Below, one piece after another: positions 27,427-36,418 of a stretch of 46,350 nt of DNA; the first letter of the stretch is position 1; every line of letters starts with the position of its first letter. The notes below the pieces were generated by a model. That model did no database searches. It was not told the origin of the DNA and saw nothing but the letters and a program-made list of their open reading frames with translations. Source of the DNA: an uncultured Candidatus Saccharibacteria bacterium (GTDB lineage: Bacteria > Patescibacteriota > Andersenbacteria > UBA10190); NCBI GenBank assembly GCA_964371255.1, contig CAYJKV010000002.1, forward strand, positions 196,553 to 242,902, written 5' to 3'. The translations under genes were made by a program, and so were the position numbers.

Positions 27427-28296
27427 TTATCCGTTATTTATCATACCTCCACCCAGATAGTTCGCCAGCGCATTTTGCCAGGACTGCAATTTCAAGCCTT
27501 TCTTATTAATCAAAACACTGCGCGTCGGCCGTTTGGCTGGTCTCGGGTATTCCGTCGAGGACACCGGTGTAACCGTAACGTCCTGCTTTAAAATATCGAA
27601 AATCCTAACGGCCAGCTCGTACCACGTTGTGACGCCCTCATTAACCAAATGATAAATTCCCAGCGGTCTTCGGCCTGCTGCTATTTTTCTGGTAGCCTCG
27701 GCTAAATCAACCGTATAAGTCGGACTGCCCCACTGATCATTCACCACCCGCAATTCCGTTGATTGATGATCTGCCTTAATTTGCTGCTGTCCCATACCAA
27801 CCATTGTATCGACAAAGTTTTTTCCACCACGCCCGTAAAGCCACGCTGTTCTGATTAAATAAAACTTGGGATTAATCTCTTTCAGCACTCTCTCCCCAGC
27901 CAATTTCGACGCACCGTAACTGTTGACCGCCGGTCCGGGCGGATCATCTTCCTCATATCCTTCTCGCTTCTTCCCGTCAAATACATAATCAGTACTAAAA
28001 TGTATCATTATTGCCCCTAAATCCCTGACCGCTCGTGCAATATTTGCCACGCCTTTTTCATTAACACCAAAAGCGGCGGCTTGGTTTTCTTCTGCCCCAT
28101 CCACGTTCGTATAAGCAGCCGCATTGATCACTAAATCAGGCTGGCAGTTAAGGACAACCGAACGCACCTGACCTTCATCTACAATATCAATTTCATCCTT
28201 ATCCTTCGCCACCACTTCGCCTGCCGCCATAAATTCCGCGTGCAAAGCTTGGCCAAGCATCCCCTTCGACCCAAAAATCAATACCTTCATGAGCAA
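27427..28296 (-). CDS. rmlD: dTDP-4-dehydrorhamnose reductase
   Basis: It carries MKVLIFGSKGMLG and the catalytic YGASKLAGE. It is about 289 aa long and has an RmlD-type SDR organisation. Confidence 0.8.
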   Translation of the reverse strand: MLMKVLIFGSKGMLGQALHAEFMAAGEVVAKDKDEIDIVDEGQVRSVVLNCQPDLVINAAAYTNVDGAEENQAAAFGVNEKGVANIARAVRDLGAIMIHFSTDYVFDGKKREGYEEDDPPGPAVNSYGASKLAGERVLKEINPKFYLIRTAWLYGRGGKNFVDTMVGMGQQQIKADHQSTELRVVNDQWGSPTYTVDLAEATRKIAAGRRPLGIYHLVNEGVTTWYELAVRIFDILKQDVTVTPVSSTEYPRPAKRPTRSVLINKKGLKLQSWQNALANYLGGGMINNG

Positions 28297-28447
28297 ACTT
28301 TTAATCTTTAATATTCGTGGTTAACCCTAACCATTAACTATCATAACATACCAAGACTTACGCTAATTAAAGCCTAACCAACTTCTTTCACTACCTTCTC
28401 CCAATTATTCCGACGCGTACCCTGGTATCTCATCTCCCCGCCACTAG

Positions 28448-29320
28448 CTAGTTGCTCTTTAGTAATGAGTTCCAGTCATCAATAAATTTCTGCAGCCCTG
28501 TGTCTGTTAATTCATGCTTAATATTATATTTCTGCCAATTTTTTCCCAGCTTAACTTCTTCATAAGGAATACTTGCTCCTTTGATGTTATAAACAAACTC
28601 CTTCCCTGGAACCTCAAAACCGTTTTGAGCCCATAATTCAAACCTTTCTTTATTGATAGTTATGACGTCAGCGCCTAGTCGTATCACCTCATAAATATTA
28701 TCCAAAGTGCGAAAACTGGCGGCCAGTACTTTGACATGGCCGTCTGTCTGTGCCAGCATCCTGATTATATTACCGACCAGCTCCACGCCATTCTCACCCC
28801 GGTCTTCAAGCCGGCCGATAAACGGTGAAATGAAGACACTCTCTTTGGCACCCTTTGTTGCTTCATATACCGCCGCTGCCTGTTGCTGCGAAAAACACAG
28901 CGTCATATTCAATCTTATTCTATCCTTGAGCTTGGCCGCCGCCTTCAAGCCTTCCGCCATAATCGGTAATTTTATTCGAGCTGAGGGAATCCATTCGTTC
29001 ATCACTTCCGCCTGCTTCACCATTTCATCAGCCGTCGTATTGTTATCGGCATAGACCTCAATCGAAATGTCGCCGCCTGGAATTATTCTTTCTAATTCTT
29101 CGACAGTCGCCTGATAAGCCGCTAACAAATCCTGCTCGGCGAACTTCTCCCCTTCTGCAATCCTTGCCTGAACGGCAGGATTTTTCGCGAAATACGACGG
29201 ATTAGTGGTTGCTCCATCTAAACCGCTAAAACCGGCCGCTGCTAAAGCCTCTTGTACCGCGCGGGCCTCCGCTGGGTCGCCTGTATCCACTAACAATTTT
29301 GCGTTTGTTAATCTATTCAT
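28448..29320 (-). CDS. tal: Transaldolase-family enzyme
   Basis: It carries GATTNPS and a Schiff-base lysine context, RIKLPIMAEGLKAA. The 290-aa protein sits directly downstream of the split transketolase. Confidence 0.7.
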   Translation of the reverse strand: MNRLTNAKLLVDTGDPAEARAVQEALAAAGFSGLDGATTNPSYFAKNPAVQARIAEGEKFAEQDLLAAYQATVEELERIIPGGDISIEVYADNNTTADEMVKQAEVMNEWIPSARIKLPIMAEGLKAAAKLKDRIRLNMTLCFSQQQAAAVYEATKGAKESVFISPFIGRLEDRGENGVELVGNIIRMLAQTDGHVKVLAASFRTLDNIYEVIRLGADVITINKERFELWAQNGFEVPGKEFVYNIKGASIPYEEVKLGKNWQKYNIKHELTDTGLQKFIDDWNSLLKSN

Positions 29321-29330
29321 ATTTCAAATA

Positions 29331-30266
29331 TCAACGATTATTAATCATTTTAACAGCTGCTCGAACAATCCCCGTCTTGTCGAGGCCTAACTTGCCCATT
29401 AAATCACTGTATTTACCAGACTCGCCAAACTGGTTCACGCCCAATCTTCTCATGAAGGTTGGATGATTTTCACTCAACAGTTCGCCGACCGCCGAACCTA
29501 ACCCTCCGTTAATATTGTGATCCTCCACCGTCAAGATTCGCCCAGTTTTCTTGGCTGATTGGAGAATGGTTTTTCCATCCAGTGGCTTGATCGTGGGCAC
29601 GCCCACTACTTCTGCTTCTATACCCTTGCTCTTTAACTCCTGCCTGGCTTCTAAAGCCGCAGCGGTGCTCGGTCCCGTGGCAATAATCGTAATATCTTTG
29701 CCGCGCCCATAGACATAGGCCTGCCCAATCTCGAACGCGTCACTCTTTCCCGTGAAAACTGGCGTGGCTTCCCGGTACAGACGTAAATATATCGGTCCCC
29801 TGAAACCGGCCGCCGCTCTTATCGCCTGCGCCGTTTGATTAGCATCCACCGGGAAAAGCACTGTCATGTTCGGCAATGCCCTCATGTAGGCAATATCTTC
29901 CAGGGCATGAGCGGATCCACCATCCAGCGCATTCGATACTCCACCGTGCGAACCCACGATAATCACATGCAAATTATTTTGGCAAACCTGCATTCTGATA
30001 TGGTCAAACGCCCTTGTCATGAAAATCGCAAAAGTGCCCGCCACCGGCACAAATCCGCCAATCGCTAAGCCTGCTGCTACCCCCACCATATTGGCCTCCG
30101 CCACACCCGTATCAAAAAACCTATCAGGCATATCTTCTTGAATCTTAAGCATCCTCAAGCTCTCCCCCAGATCAGCCGTCAAAGCCACTACTTTATCATT
30201 TTTCTTCATGATCTCGTACAAGGTTTCTCCGAATGCTTGGCGTGTCGCTATATAGTCAAGTGGCAT
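29331..30266 (-). CDS. Transketolase, C-terminal (pyrimidine-binding) subunit
   Basis: It carries FFDTGVAEANMVGVAAGLA and GSHGG. The 311-aa protein is paired with the N-terminal subunit gene. Confidence 0.85.
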   Translation of the reverse strand: MPLDYIATRQAFGETLYEIMKKNDKVVALTADLGESLRMLKIQEDMPDRFFDTGVAEANMVGVAAGLAIGGFVPVAGTFAIFMTRAFDHIRMQVCQNNLHVIIVGSHGGVSNALDGGSAHALEDIAYMRALPNMTVLFPVDANQTAQAIRAAAGFRGPIYLRLYREATPVFTGKSDAFEIGQAYVYGRGKDITIIATGPSTAAALEARQELKSKGIEAEVVGVPTIKPLDGKTILQSAKKTGRILTVEDHNINGGLGSAVGELLSENHPTFMRRLGVNQFGESGKYSDLMGKLGLDKTGIVRAAVKMINNR

Positions 30267-30382
30267 AAATAATCATTCTTAAAAACTGAATATCCTAGCA
30301 GTCTACCAACCCGGCCGCCAAACAACCACCTTTGAATTTTGTTATCAGTCCGCTGCATGGTCATTTGAGTTTTGTCGTGACA

Positions 30383-31201
30383 TTAACACGCTAATTCCTT
30401 CATCGCTCCTTCGTATTGCTCTGGTGAGATTGCGCCCGCGTGCCAGTGCTCGCTATTCTCCATAAACGACACGCCCTTGCCCCGCACAGTGTGTGCGATT
30501 ATCACCGTTGGCTTTTTGCTTTGCCGCGCTTTCAACAGCGCTTGCCTGACTTCCCGCATATTGTGCCCATCAATCTCCTGCACCTGCCAACCAAACACTC
30601 GATATTTATCCGCCAAAGGATCTAAGTTAGGCATTATTTGTTTCGTTTTGCCATCTATCTGCATGCCATTTTTATCCACGATGGCCACCAAATTATCTAA
30701 TTTTTCCTTAGGCGCATACATGACGGCCTCCCACGTCGACCCCTCTTCCTGCTCGCCGTCACTCATCATCACGTATACCCGTTGTTTACTCGGCTTTCTT
30801 CGCTTAATGGATAAAGCCAGACCAATGCCCACCGATAAACCCTGGCCTAAACTGCCTGAGGAGATTTCTATACCCGGCAAAGATCCTCGATGAGGATGCC
30901 CTTGCGCACCCGCCCCCAACTGCCTTAGTTCCTTTAATTTATCCAGCGAAAAATATCCCCGGTCTGCTAATACGGCGTAGAGTGCCGGACAAGCATGACC
31001 ATTACTCAACAAAAAATAATCACGATCTGCTTTATTAGACTGGTCTGGCCAGTGCTTCAATTCGGCGCCGTAAAATAAGACAACTAGCATATCCATTATC
31101 GACATCGAACTGCCCGGATGTCCCGACTGGGCCCGATATAACGCATCAATCGTTAGCCTCCGCAATTCACATGCCTTCTTCGCTAATTGGCTTACCTCCA
31201 T
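30383..31201 (-). CDS. Transketolase, N-terminal (thiamine-diphosphate-binding) subunit
   Basis: It carries SGHPGSSMS, SNGHACPALYA, GSLGQGLSVG and MSDGEQEEGS. Confidence 0.85.
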   Translation of the reverse strand: MEVSQLAKKACELRRLTIDALYRAQSGHPGSSMSIMDMLVVLFYGAELKHWPDQSNKADRDYFLLSNGHACPALYAVLADRGYFSLDKLKELRQLGAGAQGHPHRGSLPGIEISSGSLGQGLSVGIGLALSIKRRKPSKQRVYVMMSDGEQEEGSTWEAVMYAPKEKLDNLVAIVDKNGMQIDGKTKQIMPNLDPLADKYRVFGWQVQEIDGHNMREVRQALLKARQSKKPTVIIAHTVRGKGVSFMENSEHWHAGAISPEQYEGAMKELAC

Positions 31202-31419
31202 ACAAAAAAGTAATAGCTTATACTCACTATCGTACTAACATCATTTAGTTAAGCAAGTCTAAAATCTCAATTTTCTGTTTATAATCTTCCCTGGTTATTT
31301 TTGTCTGCCTCTGATCCGTTTTCGTCCGCTCGCCTTCTGCCTTAGCGTAAAATTCAGTCCTGTGCCTCCACTTTGCAGCATCTTCGCGGTAGTTCCCTCT
31401 GTGCGGGTTGTAGTTATAT

Positions 31420-31938
31420 TTATCTCGGCCTTATCGTCCAATCAAAACCAATCTTAGCATCATCATGTGCCAGCCGCAGCTCGTCTGCCGGATCGTAGAC
31501 ATGAGATGTAGCATACACTACCCATGCCGGCTCGTTCCCCAACACTTTATAGCCATGCACAACCCCGTGCGGAATAAATAAACTCACCGGCCGGTGTTCT
31601 CCCATCGCGACTACCTGGGTTATGCCATTTGTTCTGGAGTTCTTCCGCTGATCAAACAATACCGCTTGGACCATGCCCTTTGCGCAATACCATAAATCAT
31701 CCTGCTTATGGTGATAGTGAAAAGCTTTTATGACGCCTGGATAACTCATCGTAGCCGACAGCTGCGCTATGTCCTCCATTCCAGTTTCCTTCGTTCGAAA
31801 AATTTCCCGGAAAAACCCTCGGTCATCCGGCCTGGTTTGTAATTCCGTCACCACCACACCGTCAATGGCACCAAGCCGCTGCTCGACTCCGCCTGTTCGC
31901 TCGGCAGTTTTGCCTCCCTTAATGGTTTTCTTTGGCAT
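31420..31938 (-). CDS. rmlC: dTDP-4-dehydrorhamnose 3,5-epimerase-like cupin
   Basis: It carries DDRGFFREIFR and SYPGVIKAFHYHHKQDDLWYCAKG, and is 172 aa long. Confidence 0.65.
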   Translation of the reverse strand: MPKKTIKGGKTAERTGGVEQRLGAIDGVVVTELQTRPDDRGFFREIFRTKETGMEDIAQLSATMSYPGVIKAFHYHHKQDDLWYCAKGMVQAVLFDQRKNSRTNGITQVVAMGEHRPVSLFIPHGVVHGYKVLGNEPAWVVYATSHVYDPADELRLAHDDAKIGFDWTIRPR

Positions 31939-31956
31939 AATGTTTCTCTTGTTTTC

Positions 31957-32325
31957 TTACTTATCTTGCTGCATTAATAAAAATTCGTCTAGTCGTCGTC
32001 GAATCACATGCTCGTCATCTTTGACCCGCTGCCGATCAGGTACATCACCATTTACCTGATCCTCTTTAACCGCCAATATATTATCAACTTCCTGCGGCCA
32101 CCTACTGCCCGGCGCGCGCCGCTTCTTCACTTCCCCCCAGGCTCTATCACGACTGCTTCTCTCTAATAACAATAATACATAACCGCCGACTGTCACCAGT
32201 ACCGCAAAAAATAATTTGCGCCCTTCCCATGCCATCGCCTGGCCGACAGTCCACCCGGCTAGACCGCATACCGTCCCCCATAGCATAAGCGCTAATGTCC
32301 GATATGATTTAACTGTTAATTGCAT
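31957..32325 (-). CDS. Hypothetical small membrane protein (two TM helices and a charged C-terminal tail)
   Basis: The hydrophobic segments are LALMLWGTVCGLAGWTVG and LFFAVLVTVGGYVLLLL. I recognise no motif. Confidence 0.4.
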   Translation of the reverse strand: MQLTVKSYRTLALMLWGTVCGLAGWTVGQAMAWEGRKLFFAVLVTVGGYVLLLLERSSRDRAWGEVKKRRAPGSRWPQEVDNILAVKEDQVNGDVPDRQRVKDDEHVIRRRLDEFLLMQQDK

Positions 32326-32376
32326 ATTATATAGCTGCCTAATCTAACCCCAATCCCCGTCCAATGCAAGACCTGG

Positions 32377-34239
32377 TTAATTAGCGTCATTCTTAAGCAC
32401 CTCTATATATACTTTAGCGGGGATTTTGATCGCCGCCATGCCGGCCATCCTCTTTTTCCCTTTCTTCTGTTTTTCGAGCAGTTTTCTCTTTCTCGTCACG
32501 TCACCGCCGTACAAATGTCCGGTGACGTCTTTGCGCATAGCCGATAGTGTCTCTCTCGCCACCACGTCACCTCCCACCGCGGCCTGCAGCGCGACCGCAA
32601 ACTGCTGTTTGGGTAAAACTTTTTTTAATCTTGCTACCATTTTGCGCCCGGTTTTAGCCGCCGCCTCGCGTGGGACAATCACCGACAAAGCCTCCACGAC
32701 CTCTTTATTAACTAACATATTCAACTTGACCACATCCGCTGTATACCATTGCCCCATCTCATAACTTAACGAACCATAGCCGGCCGTCGCAGATTTTAAT
32801 TGATCGTATAGGTCGACAACTAACTCACGCAGGGGCATGTCGTACTTTAGTATCACTCGTTCCGCACCAAGATATTCCTGACTTATCAGCTCACCCTCAT
32901 TTTGCTTAAATAGCTCAAACACAGCTCCCACAAATCTTCTTGGTACTATTACTTCGGTTTTCACAAACTGTTCTTCAACTTGATTAATACTGGATTCCTC
33001 CGGCCACTCCGCCGGAGTACGCACATCCCGCACCTGGCCATCCGGCAAATGAACCCGGTATAACACACTCGGCGTTGTGACCACCAGTTCAACTCCCCAT
33101 TCCCGTTGCAACCGCTCCTGTACGATCTCCAAATGCAGCATCCCTAAAAATCCACAGCGGAAACCGCGTCCTAAAGCCTCACTTTGCTCTGCTTGCACTT
33201 GCAGACTGGCATCATTAAGCTGCAGCTCTTCAATAGCCTCGCGCAGCTCTGGAAAATTATCCCCATCCGCCGGGTAAATTCCAGCAAATAATTTCGGCTG
33301 CGGCACGGCAAAACCGGGCAAAGCCATCAGTCTTGATTTATCTTCCGCCCGAACCACCGTGTCGCCTACGCGCGCTTGCCGGACATCCTTAAGGCCAGTG
33401 GCAATATAGCCAATTTCACCCGCTGCTAAACTGTCCGTCTTCTGCCATTGCGGTTTCATCACCCCGACCTCGACCGCGTTATCCTTCATATCCGTGCCCA
33501 TAAAAGATATTTGACCACCGCCCGCAATCGATCCTTCCACCACCCTGACATACGCCACTACCCCTTTGTATTCGTCGTATATCGAATCAAAAATTAGCGC
33601 GCGTAGCGGCGCGTCTGTTTCTTGAGCAGCGATCGGCACCCGTTTAACAATTTCCTTAATGACCCGCTCCACCCCTTGGCCTGTCTTCGCTGATATCGTT
33701 AAGATATCGCTGCTTTGCCCACCGATTAAATCGACAATTTGCTGTCTCACTTCCTCTACTTGCGCCGCCGGCAGGTCAATTTTGTTAATGACCGGAATAA
33801 TTTCCAGTCCGACTTCCATCGCCAAATACAGATTACTGATCGTTTGCGCCTGCACCCCTTGCGTCGCGTCGACCAATAAAATAGCTCCTTCCACCGCCTG
33901 CAGACTGCGCGATACCTCGTATTGGAAATCAACGTGTCCTGGCGTGTCAATCAAGTTCAATATGTGTTCATTCACCAGACTAACCGCCCTCTCTGCCTGA
34001 TTCCCAGCTGCCGACCCCGCCTGTTCTTTTTGCGCCCCGTCCCATACCATTTTCACAGGCTGCAATTTTATTGTGATGCCTTTTTCTCGTTCCAGGTCCA
34101 TTTGATCCAACAGCTGATCTCGCATCTTTCTGGCTTCTACTGTATGTGTCAACTCCAACAGCCTGTCAGCCAGGGTCGATTTACCATGGTCTATGTGTGC
34201 CACGATGCAGAAATTATGGATATTTTTCCTGTTTATCAT
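32377..34239 (-). CDS. lepA: Translation elongation factor 4
   Basis: It carries IRNF-type NFCIVAHIDHGKSTLADRLL and DTPGHVDF. The LepA-specific C-terminal region includes YGGDVTRKRKLLEKQKKGKKRM. Confidence 0.95.
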   Translation of the reverse strand: MINRKNIHNFCIVAHIDHGKSTLADRLLELTHTVEARKMRDQLLDQMDLEREKGITIKLQPVKMVWDGAQKEQAGSAAGNQAERAVSLVNEHILNLIDTPGHVDFQYEVSRSLQAVEGAILLVDATQGVQAQTISNLYLAMEVGLEIIPVINKIDLPAAQVEEVRQQIVDLIGGQSSDILTISAKTGQGVERVIKEIVKRVPIAAQETDAPLRALIFDSIYDEYKGVVAYVRVVEGSIAGGGQISFMGTDMKDNAVEVGVMKPQWQKTDSLAAGEIGYIATGLKDVRQARVGDTVVRAEDKSRLMALPGFAVPQPKLFAGIYPADGDNFPELREAIEELQLNDASLQVQAEQSEALGRGFRCGFLGMLHLEIVQERLQREWGVELVVTTPSVLYRVHLPDGQVRDVRTPAEWPEESSINQVEEQFVKTEVIVPRRFVGAVFELFKQNEGELISQEYLGAERVILKYDMPLRELVVDLYDQLKSATAGYGSLSYEMGQWYTADVVKLNMLVNKEVVEALSVIVPREAAAKTGRKMVARLKKVLPKQQFAVALQAAVGGDVVARETLSAMRKDVTGHLYGGDVTRKRKLLEKQKKGKKRMAGMAAIKIPAKVYIEVLKNDAN

Positions 34240-34245
34240 GAGAGG

Positions 34246-34274
34246 AACATATCATGTCATTCTTCTTTAAGCAA
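34246..34274 (-). promoter_or_regulatory. Candidate lepA promoter with leaderless geometry
   Basis: On the minus strand: TTGCTT (34274-34269), a 17 nt spacer, then TATGTT (34251-34246). Six nt later comes the lepA ATG at 34239, with no SD. Confidence 0.35.
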
Positions 34275-34325
34275 AGAAAAAAGGCCACTTGCATGAAAAG
34301 GGGGTACAGCTTTACGCAAGTGACC
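34273..34325 (-). terminator. Terminator-like hairpin upstream of lepA
   Basis: On the minus strand: GGUCACUUGC, a 23 nt loop, GCAAGUGGCC (one mismatch), then UUUUUUCUUU. Confidence 0.3.
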
Positions 34326-34786
34326 TATCGCGGCGACTACTTCACAGAGGAGGGCCCGAAAGAAAAAAGAAACTACGGCGGAACACCAGAAGTCCTGATC
34401 ATTCGATTTTTCCTTTCGCGATCGTCGACGTTGGTTCGGCTTTCACTTTCGGCTGAAAAACACAAAACCAATCATATCAGGGGTCTCCTCACACACAAAG
34501 AACTACGGATTTCTACAACTCTTTTATAATACATTTCCTTGTTTACCTGTCAACCATTCCCAGCTGCCATTATCAACAACGTTAAAAAGCGCTTTGCCAT
34601 AATCTTCTCCGGCCATCATCACTATCAAAACTACCGCCCAGACGGCCGCCTCTTCCGACCTAAACCCCGGCCGTCCAAAAATACATGGCCGCCCTCTTTT
34701 GCCATGGTCGTATCTGATTGTAATTTCTGGTTTTGAATTTTCGTCCGATTACTTTTAGCGGTTATTTGTGTGTCGGAATTTCATTG

Positions 34787-36409
34787 CTATTCTGCCAAAC
34801 CTTCCCACCGCGGCGTATCTGTTCCCGCCGGAATCTTCTTCAAAGCTGGTCTTCGCGGTAAATACTTCTTGAGTATAACAACCTCTTCACTCTTCAGCAG
34901 CCACGCCAACAACAAATAAACCATCATCCCTCCGCATCCGGCTACCACTAATTGCACTAGTACTCCCCAAAACCGCTGCATATCCACCATGGCTGCTACT
35001 GGATATTTCAACACCTGAACCATCATCCCTCCGCCAATCGCTGCAATAACAATTTTTATCAGGCTGATTAACACCACTTTGTCATCAAATCCATTGAGCT
35101 GCCAATGCAGTACACCCAATAACAGCATCAGATTTACGATGGCCGAAACGGAAAAGGCTAGAGCCAGACCCGCCACGCCCATGATCGGTGCCAGCCATAA
35201 CGCTAAGCCGATATTCACCACCATACTTACGATAGAAATAACGACGGGGGTCTTAGTGTCTTGTTGCACATAAAAAGCTCGCACCAATAAAGGAATGGTC
35301 GCTTGCGCGAAGACACTGATTACTAACCAGCCAAACGTATCAAATGTTAATATCGTATCTTCCCAATCGAATGCGCCATCTCCAAACAAGACCCGTATGA
35401 TCTGCGCCCGCAACAAAAAGAAAAACGCAGAAGTCGGTACCACTAAAAACATAATATAACGAAAAACCCTGGTCAGCGTTCTGGTAAACTCCGCTTTTTG
35501 CCGCCTCGCAATCTGTTCAGCCAGGGTCGGAAATGCCGCTTGCGCGAACGATATGCCAAATATTCCAACTGGCAGATACTGCGCGTTATTCGCTAAGTGA
35601 AAAACGGCGATACTGCCCGCTAATAAAGACGAGCCAATCACTGTGACGGTCACCAAATTCACTTGCATCGCGGCTAAGCCAACTATCCGCGGCAACATCA
35701 TGCGCCATAATTTATGGAAATCTTCCGTTGTCCAACCAATTTTTGGTTTCCACCGGTATCCCACCTGCCAGACGCTTGGTAACTGCACCAGCATATGAGC
35801 GCCTGCTCCCATCACCACCCCCCAAGCAATGCCGGCTACCCCCATGATTGGCACCAAGACAACTACCCCTATTATGATTCCCAAGTTATATAAAATTGGT
35901 GCCAGCGCGTAGGCGACAAATCTTTTATAACAATTTAGCATGCCGGAAAACACAAAACTGATGCTCAATAATATCGGCTGCAAAGCCATCGCTTTGGATA
36001 GAAGAATTGTCAGGGCTAGTTTTTCTCCCGTAAAGCCAGGTGTCATTAAAGGAACAATTTTCTCAGCCAACAAAAAATAGACGCCTGACATCAGTCCGAC
36101 CAGCAGCAAGATGGCATTCAACACAGACGTGGCAAAATCAAACGCTTGCTCTTCTCCCTTCTTGCCTCGCACCATCTTTTCCGTAAAAATCGGAATGAAG
36201 GCCGCTGACAAAGCCCCCAAGACAATCAAATTAAAAATTAAATCAGGCACCCGGAAGGCAGCCACAAAAGCATCAAAGACATCTCCCGCGCCAAACGTCG
36301 TCGTCAACACTCTTTCTCTAACCAAGCCCACAAAACGGCTTAACAAGGAAGCAGTTCCTAATATGATTGCCGCCGGAATCACCCGGCCGTTGCCAAAACC
36401 AGTGGGCAT
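34787..36409 (-). CDS. murJ: MurJ/MviN-family lipid-linked oligosaccharide (lipid II) flippase
   Basis: The 540-aa polytopic protein has the N-terminal block LLSRFVGLVRERVLTTTFGAGDVFDAFVAAFRVPDLIFNL, typical of MviN. Confidence 0.85.
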   Translation of the reverse strand: MPTGFGNGRVIPAAIILGTASLLSRFVGLVRERVLTTTFGAGDVFDAFVAAFRVPDLIFNLIVLGALSAAFIPIFTEKMVRGKKGEEQAFDFATSVLNAILLLVGLMSGVYFLLAEKIVPLMTPGFTGEKLALTILLSKAMALQPILLSISFVFSGMLNCYKRFVAYALAPILYNLGIIIGVVVLVPIMGVAGIAWGVVMGAGAHMLVQLPSVWQVGYRWKPKIGWTTEDFHKLWRMMLPRIVGLAAMQVNLVTVTVIGSSLLAGSIAVFHLANNAQYLPVGIFGISFAQAAFPTLAEQIARRQKAEFTRTLTRVFRYIMFLVVPTSAFFFLLRAQIIRVLFGDGAFDWEDTILTFDTFGWLVISVFAQATIPLLVRAFYVQQDTKTPVVISIVSMVVNIGLALWLAPIMGVAGLALAFSVSAIVNLMLLLGVLHWQLNGFDDKVVLISLIKIVIAAIGGGMMVQVLKYPVAAMVDMQRFWGVLVQLVVAGCGGMMVYLLLAWLLKSEEVVILKKYLPRRPALKKIPAGTDTPRWEGLAE

Positions 36410-36418
36410 AACAGAAGC

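Noticed and set aside
31202-31419. A 28-codon basic micro-ORF (MLQSGGTGLNFTLRQKASGRKRIRGRQK) on the minus strand between rmlC and the transketolase genes.
   Set aside because: It has no SD and does not resemble any small ribosomal protein I can recall. It most likely occurs by chance in a promoter-containing spacer.
34641-34680. SRP RNA-like AGGUC-GGAA-GAGGCGG on the minus strand of the murJ-lepA spacer.
   Set aside because: The conserved domain IV signature (GGAA tetraloop followed by GGAAGCAGC, with its symmetric loop) is not reproduced. Only the tetraloop resembles it.
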